Part shown: positions 27,001 through 39,000 of the stretch, one piece after another
Layout: every line of letters starts with the position of its first letter
Numbering within the stretch: position 1 is the first letter of the stretch
Source: Octopus bimaculoides
Taxonomy: Eukaryota
Direction: 5' to 3'
Assembly (NCBI RefSeq): GCF_001194135.2
Contig: NC_068983.1
Coordinates: forward strand, 23,220,412 to 23,284,411
Length of the DNA stretch: 64,000 bases
Program-made: the position numbers and the translations under genes
The notes under the pieces: model-generated
Databases searched by the model: none
Told to the model about the DNA's origin: nothing
The model's input: only the letters and a program-made list of their open reading frames with translations

Positions 27001-30000
27001 GAGTTCAATTTCCACCGAGGTCGACTTCACCATTCAGTCTTTCTGGGGTCGGTAAAATAAGTACCACTCGAGCATGGGTCGATGTAATCAACTTGGCTTC
27101 CCCCAGAATTGCTGGCCTACTGCCAAAATTTGAAACCAATATTAGTCTGTGAGATTCTCCCCTTCCCTTGCATTCCCCCCACCCTGGCCAAAAGAAAAAA
27201 AAGCATCAGAACATTAAGAAATTCGTATGTGGAAACTGATAAATGAACAAAAATAAGATGTGAAATGATCTTTATATGCTCAGGGTTTTAAGTATTATGG
27301 AATATTGGAGATCTTGTGTGACAGGCAAGATAAATATAACAATGTAACTGGCATACTGACACTTTATGCCAACCCTTTTTGAGAGATTAGAGCAGTGGTT
27401 CTCAACCGGGGTTCATACAAGCAAAGTACTAAATTGGGGACTCTCAGTAATATATTAAGGGTCCATTAAAAAATTTCGCTTTAGATGTATTTATTGCAAG
27501 AAACAGCTAGGTTTCGTTCTCTAATGTTTTATACATAGTTCACCTTAATACAAGTGAATGTATGAAAAACAGAATAAGAATTTTGAATGAAGTATCTATA
27601 AAACTAATTTTTCAACATCGAATAGCTATGGGGGTCCACTAGAGTAAAATAGTAATCAAAGGGGACTATAGCTAAAAAAAAAAAAAATGGTTGAGTACCA
27701 CTGGGTTAGAGGGTGCCTGATTGCTTTGTTGCAAAAGCTAACATGGTTGCTTGACTTATAACGAATGTTTTGTTGTTCTTGGAAAATCTGTTGTAACTCA
27801 AATGCATAATCTAACAGCACTTATCTAATTGATTCTTTGATTATTGCCACCCACAAATACAATATATTAAATCTCCTTATGAGCATTTTCAGAATAGTTT
27901 TCCCTCTCACAAATGCAGTTCTACCTTTTATTCCAATTGGCAAATTGGTGTAGTTGTTAGAGCATGGGACAAAATCCCTTGAGGTATTTATTCAGCTCTC
28001 TGCTAAGATCACTTTTGACTTTAATCCTCTCTGGGTTGATAAAATAAAGATATCACTTCAGGATGGTAAATTGGATGTCTTTAGAATATTCTACTCTGTT
28101 GAAAATATTCAGACTGGGTCTAAAGTTTGAGAACATACTCCTTTCTTCTCATTTTCAGAAACTCTAAAAAAAAAAAAAAATTAACGGTCATGAGCACTAC
28201 CTTTCCCTCCCTGACTAAGTAAAAAGGAAAAGAACAAAGAAAAAATCATCTTTCTTTTTAAATGCATTATTACTTCTGACTGTTACCTGTATAAAGAATA
28301 CACATTACGATTTTCTACTTTACTACCCATTAAATCTAAACAAGTGAAATTTCATATAATTGTTTTCTCTAAACTTAGCAAATAAAACATGTGATCCTAT
28401 TCTGTATACTTCCTTGTGAGCATTCTTTACACCACATAAAAAAAAAACTGATTCTTCATTTGCCCCCAATTTATAAATATGGGTTAAACATGGTTAGTGC
28501 TCTTAACATATACTGGAAATTAACAATTAGAATAAACTATATTTCATTAACTATTATGTTGTGTGTGTGTGTAATTGAAAATTAATTAGCTGACAGAATT
28601 TTTGCATCTGTGGAATTTAAGATAGCCAGTATTTTATCATTGTTCTCAGTATCAATATTTCACTAAGAAAAATGTTCTAGTTTTGGCAGAGAGTAGAAGC
28701 ATGAAACTCTTTGTGTTGATTTTGTTTCATTAAAAATACAATGACAGTGATTTAACTTTATATACTTACTAATTACAATGCTTTGTATTTCTGTATATTC
28801 AGGAGGGAGCAACCAAAACAACGAGCAGGTTGGGAGGGAAAATAACGACCCCTTGCCAAATCCTTGGACCCCTAAACCAGCAGGTGGTAGTGGGTCTACT
28901 ACTGGAGGAGGGAGTGGTCCTACTCAAACTGACAGCACTAGTGGGGACTCATCAACACCCTTGGCTGGTGGACCTTTTGGTAAGCATTCATTGACAGTTG
29001 TTAGTTAAAAAGCAATGGAATCTTTCAATTTATGGTTGTCTTTATCCTGTGTTATTTTTCTGGTAATAATTATATTTGCTTTACATCCATTTCTCCTGAG
29101 TTAGCATAAGTTACATCAGGACTTATTTGAGATTGTTTGTCTCCAACCCTTATGCTTCAAGTAAGATTTTTTGGTCTTCATAAGTGCAGAACAGTTGGTT
29201 GTAATGTCAACAAGAAATGGAAGCCCCTTATCACTCATGATGGGTTTTCGTACGGCTTGTGTCTGCCAGTTCCACTCACAAGGCATTGGTCAACCAGGGA
29301 CTATAGTAGACACTTAACCAGGGTGCCATGTAATTGGATTGAATCCATAGTGATGTGGTTGTAAAGTGAACTTCTGAACTGCACTGCCACAACTGTCTTT
29401 GGGTAAGAAGATCTCGTTTTTGAGCAAAATAATCTAATATGAACAAAGTATTTATCAGCACAACTAGCTTTTTATGATTTGTGCTGTCTTTGGTTTCCTG
29501 CAAACAAATGAAATGATGAGGTCAGCTTTTCTGAAAATATGTATCATATTTTTAATTGAACATTTTAAAACTCTTGGGGGAATTTAAATTAACGAAAAAT
29601 TAAGAATTCTACTGAAATAGTCATTTGGTTTTAGGAATAATTAATTTTTTTCTTTAAAGATAATAAATCGTAGATTTTCATCTTTTTTAATGATCTGGCT
29701 TTGTATTGTTTATGTCCGTTTAAATGTTTTGTAATATATAAAGATGTTTAATGAAAAACGTATCAAGTACAGGCTTGCCTGTATGGTTATGGAGTTTGCT
29801 TTGTTACCATGTGGTTTTGAGTGCTATCTCACTGTGAGGTACCTTGGTCAAATGTCTTCTGTCTTCTCAGGCCAACCAATGCCTTGTTAGTAAAATTGAG
29901 AGGCAGAAAATGTACAGATGATTAACGTGTGTGCACATGTCTGTATTTGCATGCTTATGTGTGTGTATCAGTGTGAATGCACATATTCTACAGCTACATT

Positions 30001-33000
30001 AAGAAAACAGCAGTAATGTTTACATTCTCCATCAACAAATGAATCCACTGATTCTGCACTTATGAAGACAAGGGGAATAATAATAATAATTCCCTTCCTT
30101 GAAAAACAGCTAAGGGTTAGTAACTGGTCCAATTCATGCTAGGATGGAGAAAAAAAATACCCAGCATAACAGTGAATGAGTAGATTCATAAACTGAAATA
30201 CAGCAAATATAAATAAACGAATTTATTTTATAACTTCAAATTGTAACAAAAACTACTATTTTACCCTTTACAAATAAATGTGTTTCTAGTATTCTTCTAA
30301 TTATTGAGAATTTTACTGTAAATTTGTCTCATGTTTTCTTAATTTCCCCTTTGAGTTTAAAAATCCAGTCAGTTATGTGTGTTGGGAAATGATTATTAAG
30401 GCTGCATTACATTTCTGATGGCAACTGTCCTTACATTGAGTGAACTTACTTTCACTGAGTGTTTCAATAGTAAAGAAGGAAGGATATTTTTTTATCACAA
30501 AATAATTTGAAGACTTTGTTAACAGTAAGGCACACAAACTATTTGTGGAACTTTTGTGTTCCAACTTACATTAATTTAATTTAATGTGTCTGTTGTACAC
30601 TTCTAACCAGTTATAAAATAACTTGATATGAGCTTTATTTGCAGTTTATACTTTTCATGTTTGTTAACACTTCTCTAATTACAAATTCTTGTCTTTCCCC
30701 CATACACTGTCACTCACTTTCATGCACACATTCTTAGACTTGCTCGTTCCCATGTGTGCCTACCCACTCACTCACCTGCACAACCATCCATCGTTTAACA
30801 TCCATTTTCCATGATGGCATGGGTTGGACATTTATACATATATATCCACACACACACATTTGTTGGATTGAATTCATTTGAAGTAAATTTATTTCTAGTT
30901 TGAATTTCTTAATTTCAATACAGGTATGTTTAATACGCCTGGTATGCAGAGTTTGCTAACACAAATGACACAGAATCCACAACTGATCCAGAATATGTTG
31001 CAAGCTCCATACATTCAAACTATGATGCAAACCATGTCCAGTAATCCTGATATGGCTCAGCAGGTATTTACTGATTTTTTTATTTTATTTTTTTTTTTTT
31101 TCTATATCATTCATGCTTAAAATAATTCTGCTTTCATGAATTTCATATTTATTTCATCATCTGTTATTGATACATAAAAATTGTCTCCTTCAACTTTTGC
31201 AAAAGTTTGTCATTCTTGATGGTTCATTTCAAGTTTCAGAAAATACCATAATGACAAACAGTTCTTTGCTGTAAGTAGCAAGAGAACTAAGTGATGTATG
31301 CTATGTTTGTTACATGCTAAGCTCATTATCCTCTCATACATACTATTTGATATTACTAACAGCATTTTAGACTAGCATTATAATCCTATCCTCCATCTCA
31401 TTGAATTGATTCCGATTACTTAGTTTCCATACTGGATTCTGTTCATTTCTTTTTAATTTCATGAATAATAATAATTCAGAAATTTGCTTGAACACCATAT
31501 CTCCTATTCCCATCTTTTCAGTTTATCATTTTAATAATCTACACTCAAAACTGTTGCTAAGAGTTTTGAAAATAAGTATTTATGGTTTTAGTAAGTGTCT
31601 TGTTAAATTCTTCAGACATATTTAAGAAATTAATATTACTGTTTTTGGTAGGAAAATTAAAATAGTGTGATAGTTTTGTAATTAAAAACGTTTTACTTTA
31701 TATTTTTATGTAAAGTAGTTCTAAGTACCAAGTCCCACTCAATTTTAAACAGTACTGACCGTGCTTGTGAATTCTGAGAACTAGTGAGGCAAAGAAGGGT
31801 AATGAACCTGTTTTCACTAATTGAGAAATACTTTTATATATTTCTCAAGGAGTGTAATACCCATAGAATTTTGTTTACATATTTCAGTGTATCTTATTAC
31901 ATGAACTACAATGGTTTTAAGGTCTTTGACATGCTTACTATATTCCTTGATCAATAATAATTTGACATATTTTAACTGTAAAGTCTTTTCTAACTATATC
32001 AGGTAGTCATTAAGTCTACAGTTAGTATCACTATAGTAACTCTTGAGAATTCTAGTTATTATAGCAAGTCAGAAATGCAATAGTAAGTTTTTGAGTCTAG
32101 TTCTTTATTTAAATTTTTTTTTATTTAGCTAGATTTAGAATAGATTGGAAAAAGTTTAGGGAACTATTGTCTCTGTTGGTAACAAAAGATTTTGCTTAAC
32201 AATGATGATAGCTCTGTAGAGTTTCAGGAATGGGAGCAATACCATTTCTTCTGCTTCCTCCAATCCATCCCCTTTACACTTAATCTCTTTCTGAGTTAGA
32301 AATCCTTATTTTGAGTTTGATGAAGTTCACCAAGTTATATGTTTACTTTTTAATCTAGTTCAGAATCTCAGAGTCCTGATATTAAATACTGCCATTGTTA
32401 ATTTTGTTTTACATCAGTTTGCATTGTTGAAATGATTACACTTATTCTCACTATAAACTGACAATACTGAATATGAAAAGATATGAATAAGGAGTATGTT
32501 ACCTAAGCCTTCTTAATTCAGTGCATGAGAATTTTTATAAACTGATGACAGTAATCAATGATGATTATATTATTATTATTATGATAATAATAATTACTGT
32601 TATTTCAGATTTTAGGTAATAATCCATTATTTGCTGCCAACCCCCAATTTCAAGATATATTTAACCAGTATCTTCCTACCATGATGAATCAGGTATATAT
32701 CTTGTCTTTTCCCCAAATCTTCTGTAAATAAATATTGAATATTTATTTATATTTATTAATTTTTGCTTAGATTTTTATAAAAATGTACATTAGTATATCT
32801 ACAAAAACCAGCTTTTCATTAAGCTGTTGAAGCCGCTACAAGTATTTGTGCATCTCGTTAATGACTGCCTAAATGTGTAAATAGCTTTTTTTTTTTTCTC
32901 TTGTTGATTTTTAGTAAATGTTGTAGAGCAGAAATTTGTTGCAAACAGGCCATGCAGATTATCCAGTTTTGAAACTTGGTTGTAGATCTTTACTTTGTCT

Positions 33001-36000
33001 CAATAATGCTTTTTAAGGCACGGACATCCTAATATTTTGTCATTTGAAAATCTTCCTAGTGTAGCTGATATGATAATCATTTTAAGTCCTTTTAGAAAAT
33101 AGATGTTTTTATAAGATCATGTTCGACCGTTTATGACATATGTATCTAATTTAATTGGTTTCAGTAGGGTACAAAGAAACCAACTATAAGACTAGTCAGT
33201 GATTTGTTTCCTGTCTTTGGATACTGTTATTTCTCTGGCCAAATCACTTAACTTCGAAATTGTCGAGTCCACTTGACTGTAAATAACTATTATGGGGTAA
33301 AATCAATTCACTACTGAAAGGTGTGACAGAAATGAAGATTGAGTAAAGTCTAAAAGCACCACTTTCTGATAGCTGTCATCACAAAGTATTGTGTGCTAAC
33401 CCAGAAATTATGTTAAAGTATTGTTGGATGTCACCTCTCTTCTGAATAGAATGTTTATCATAGGCTTTGCTTTTGTTGGGGGAAGATTTAAGGCTATATA
33501 ACCCCACCCCAGTTACCACCATGATATCTGCTTACAGTTTGGTGGACATGTCTTTAATAGTTTTTTTACTTTATAAAAGAATCAAACTATTTTCTCTTAA
33601 CCCTTAAAATGCTGCACCACAAATAGCCATCAGTGTCATGGGGTCCTGAACTGTAGGTAACCGCAATTCAGAAAATGTTGTTTTGCACTGAAAAATGAAA
33701 ACTAAGCAAGAAACAAAGTTTAGGCTCTTTTAGGAAGTACTTTGTCAAAAGACTTTCTGTTAGCACCATGTATGTTTGTACCTGTGTTTATTCAGTGAAT
33801 TTCTCTAAGGATTTTTTTCTTTCTTTTTTCATCATTCTCTTCTTTGATTTTTTTTAACATCATGGTTGGTAGAAATAATATATTTCTAAATCTCTCAGAG
33901 AGATTTATGCAGTAGCAGCACAATAAAGTGATAGTATGTTGTCAACTTAATGTGACAGTCCCATAAAAGGGAAGAATGCTACTGTTATTTAGCCCTAGGA
34001 AACACTGTTTCCTGTTGGACTTGATACATTTCCTGTGTCCTTTTTATGGGACTGTCACATTAAGTTGACAACATATTCTCACTTTATCGTGCTGCTACTG
34101 CATAAATCTCTCTCAGAGATTTAGAAATAATTTTCAAAAATCAGTGAATGTATTTCACTTGAAATATATATATTTTCAAAGGCAGATGGGCATCGACAGC
34201 TAACAAGCCATGCTACTCCAGAGCAATGACTCTGAAACTTAGTCTCTGGATGCTGGCTTTGCTGGGTGGAGGTGCTTATCTCTACTTTGAAAACATACGG
34301 ATACAGGAAATGTGTCAAGTTCAACAGGAAACAGTGTTTTCTAGGGCTAAGTAACAGTAGCATTCTTCCCTTTTTATGGGACTGTCACATTAAGTTGACA
34401 ACATACGATCGCTTTATCATGGTCGGAATATCCAAGTTGCAAATTAGAATTTAGTGTTATTATCTATTAACTCTTTTGATACCAACCTGCCTGAGATTGC
34501 TTCTAAATCAATGATACCAACTTCCTGTTTTAAAGCAATCTAAATTAACAGCTTATCTCAAAATTTTATGCTAATTTATGTTCCTGATCACCAAAATAAT
34601 GAGTTATTTTCAAAATTAATTGAAACAAAGGCAGTGTATTTCAGCAGAAAGATAACAAAAGAGTTAATGATATTAATGATTTATTTATTTATTATTTAAT
34701 GATTTAATTAGAGAATGAGAGTTTAAACTTAGAGAAAATAATAGATTTCATTGTCATTGTGATATTGGGATTTATTGATTATGAACAGAAGTGGAGTGAT
34801 TGTATCAATGCTTTCCATAGTGATCTGGGTCCTACAAAATCCTTCAACTTTGAAGCATAGCCTTTTGAGTTGTTTCTTCAACTTCTTCCTGAAAGATTTT
34901 TTGCCAGGATTAAGAGCACAAGATATGCACATTAACTAAGCAACATCACTTTCATTACATAAATGGAGGAGATTAAGTTATATCTCTGAATGCTTTTGCT
35001 AATAGTTGTGCAACTTCCAAATTAAAGATTGCTAGAGCACAAATTCAGCTCTGAGACAGGAATTGATATCATGTAAATGTGAAAATACATACCTGTAATC
35101 AAATTACATATATTCAAACTTACAACTTACCTGGGTAGGTAACAATGAAATCACGACGGGTAAAATAGCATTTCACATCATACACCAACAATCATTACAT
35201 GTTATCACCAAGTTTCATCGAAATTCATGCAAATGTTGTATTTTTATGATTTTTATTCTGGAATAACTGCATATTTCTGAAAATATTTAGTTTCTGACAA
35301 GATTGGGAGATTTACCGAGAAAAAGCAGTACAATAATTAAAAAGTTAAAATAAAATTTATTTTATTAATTTCTTTTACAGTTGCAGAACCCACAGATGCA
35401 AACCCTCATAAGTAACCCACGGGCTTTAGAAGCTATAATGCAGATCCAGCAGTCCTTGCAACAGTTACAGAATGAAGCTCCTGGACTTTTTCCAGGGTAT
35501 GCATTTGCTTTCTTAACTAAAGCAAGATATTTAAGCTTGCTTTTTTTTTTGTTTTGTTTTTAATCTCATTTTCTATTTGTTGGAGATAAAACGAAATAGA
35601 AAAATTTCTCCAAATTTTTTTGTTATAAGTAATTTCTAGGTGGTCAGCTGGTAGTGATCGTTAGCATGCCAGGCCAAATGCTTAGCAGCATTTTATCCAT
35701 TTTTATGTCCTGAATCCAAATTCTGGGGTTGATAAAATAAGTACCAGTCAAGTACTGGGGTTGATGTAATTGACTTACCCTTCAAAAACTGCTGACCCTG
35801 TACCAACATTTGAAACATTATTATAAGCAATCTCTCAATTTCTTTTTTTAAAGAAATACTTAAAATCATATTTGTAGAGCCTGGACAACTCTCCAGCTAG
35901 CCAGCTTTTGCCAAACCATCCAACCCATGTCAGCATGGAAAATGGATGTTAAATGATGATGATTTGTAGAAACTAAAGAAGGAATTATCCATCTGTGACT

Positions 36001-39000
36001 GATTTCAAAATATTACAAATGATTGTAAAGAATCCACTTATTATAACAGTAAATCGATCTCCGTTAGCTATGGAAATAAGTATTCCAGTTGTCCTGTCAG
36101 TTGAACTGTGTACTTATTGAATTATAATGCAAGTGGTTGAATATTCAACAGACAGTTGTACTTCTAATGTAATTTTCAAGCAGAGTCAACATGATACAAT
36201 GTGTCACAAGGTTGACCTTTTGAATTACTGGTACAGTCCAGCATGCATGCTGCCAAAGTTTTCATCTACCCAACTTCACTCACAAGGCTATGGGTAAAAG
36301 ATATTTTCCTTAGATGCTATACTGTTGGGTCAAACTCTGGACCTTATGATTTTGAAGCAAACTATTATACCACCTGGCTGTAACTCCTTACCTACATAAA
36401 ACACCACAATATCTAGGTGCCATGCAGTGGGACTGAATCCTGAACCATGTGGTTGGGAAGCAAGCTTTTTACCACACAGCCATGCCTGTACCTATACTGA
36501 AACTTTTTTTAATGTTTCCATTGAAAATATATTGATTTTATTTTTTTCTTACAGTTTAACTGGTCTTTCAATTCCTACTACCAGTAATACAAGCACTGGT
36601 AGTACTGATTCTACTACAACCACAGCCTCCTCCACCGCCTCCACTACCACCACCACTACTTCTACAGAAGCCACCAACACATCCGCTACTGCTGGCTCTG
36701 CGGTGAATTCATCTGACAAGCCGGCTACGACTGCTGGTGAGAACACCTCCTCCTCTCCCGCCACCACAACTTCTACCACATCATCTACTACTCCTAATGT
36801 AACTGGTGGCACCAATACCACAGCCAGCGGGGACTCTAACCCTCTCGGTGGTAATACCAGTGCTGATGCATTCAGTAATTTGATGGCCCAAATGGTACAG
36901 ATGATGGCCAGTGGTCAAATGGGAAGTAATCCAATGACTAGTGGTTTACTCGGCACAGGACAAATGGTAGGTGTTCTATATTTTATTTCTTGGAGTGATC
37001 TTGAGTGTTGTGTGTTAATTGTTGGCATTACCCATAATTACCTCCCTTTCATTGACATTATATGCATACATGGCTATATTTTATAATGTATATATGCTTT
37101 GCAGCCATGTAATTTTGGGTTCTTCCTGCTGTGCAACATTATGCGGCTCAGAACCTTTTTCCCTTTATTTACCGTATGTGGTCTCAGACCCATCATGAAG
37201 CAATGTATGTAGATGACATTCCATGTCCCAATCCATAGGTTCCAGCCTGTCTTGGTTTTAAAATGTGGACAGTGCTATGCATCCATGAGCCCACATCTGA
37301 CTTACATGGGCATATTGGTGCAGGGTTGATCCTAACCTAGACGCCAATCCCAGTTGGGGAATTGCAAAAGGCACTGGAACCTGCCAGACTTCAGCTGAGC
37401 AAGCCCAAGAGGCACATGAATATGATCAAGATGAAAGGCAAAGTTGACCTTGATGGAATTTGAACTCAGAACGTAAAGGGAGACGAAATACTACTAAGTA
37501 TTTCGCTTGGCGTGCTAACGTTTCTGCCAGCTCACTGCCTTAAGAGACCACTTTATTGCAAGCATTCAGACTAGGTCTCTTGTCTGCAAACAAAAACTCT
37601 ACTTCCCTTCTCACCAAACTTGGAGGCCTTGAGAAAGAACATAGAAACTGCTCATCCTTCTCTGACTCAGCATCATCATTTAGCATCTGCTTTCTATGCT
37701 GACATGGGTTAGATAGTTTGACAGAAACTGGTAAGCTGAAGAGCTGCACCAAGTTCCAGTCTGATTTGGCATGGTTTCTACAGCTGGATGTCCTTCCTAA
37801 TGCCAACCACTCCAAGAGTGCTTTTTATGTGCCACCAGCACAAGTGCCAGTTACATAATACTGGCATTGGCTACAACTACAAATTTACTTGCTAAGTCTT
37901 CTCAAGCATGGCATATTACCAAAAGTCTCGGTCATTTGTCATCGCCTCCGTGAGGCCCAATGTTTGAAGGGTGCTTTTCGCATGCCACCGACACAAGTGC
38001 CAGTTACATGACACCAGCATCAGCCATGATTACGATTTCACTTAAAAAACCACCTCATCTCATCTAGGTCGTCCCATAGGATGCCCCTTTTTTAGGGTTT
38101 TCGGTTGTGCATGTTATAGGAGTCACAGGGCGCTGTTCCATGTGGTCCTGCAGTTTCCATCTTACCGAACAAAACTTTCTCATTCACTGCCATATCCTGC
38201 CTTCCTTTATCTTGTTCATTCTTGCTTTTTTTTTTACAATTTTTTTTCTTTTGTTACATTTTATATATCTCTTTTTCTAGGTTCAACCTCCTGATCAGCG
38301 CTTTGGACCTCAATTGGAACAGCTTGCAGCAATGGGATTTGTGGATCGAGAAGCTAATATTAGAGGTAGTGTTTCTAAGTGTACTTCTGATAGTTTTGTT
38401 GCAAAAAGTATATATCTACATGACTTTAGTTTTGGTTCTGAAATTTCTAGATGGTTAACTAAATTTGAAGCTTAATGTAAATCTAAGTTAACCTAGTTTT
38501 CCAAATTCAAATACCAGTGTGGATTTGATCCCTTCATTTATTATTTAAACTTAATTTGTATTTATATTGATTTTTCTTGACTAAATGGCACAGTGTTTAT
38601 TTTTCAATCAGTTTGATATCAAGATCATTGAGCAAGTTCACTAGTCAGCATATTGCCATTTATCCAAGTTTTTCATTGTCTACTCTGTAAGGTGTCACAT
38701 TCTGAGACCTTATCTCAATTTGATGATAGTGGGTGGGAATTGCTCTTAAGCAAATGAATACATAGATATGATTCTGTATTTTTTCTTTGAGTGGTTGGCA
38801 TTAGGAAGAGCATCCAGCTGTTGGAACTCTGCCAAATCAGATTGGAGCCTGGTGTTGCCATCCGGTTTCACCAGTCCTCAGTCAAATCGTCCAACCCATG
38901 CTAGCATGGAAAGCGGACGTTAAACGATGATGATGACGATGATAAGGACAATGGCAAAGCAGAGATTTTAGTAAGGCCAGACATGTTACACTAGTTGAGT

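Noticed and set aside
36549-36821. Val-rich - strand ORF
   Set aside because: Antisense shadow of the Thr-rich ubiquilin exon.
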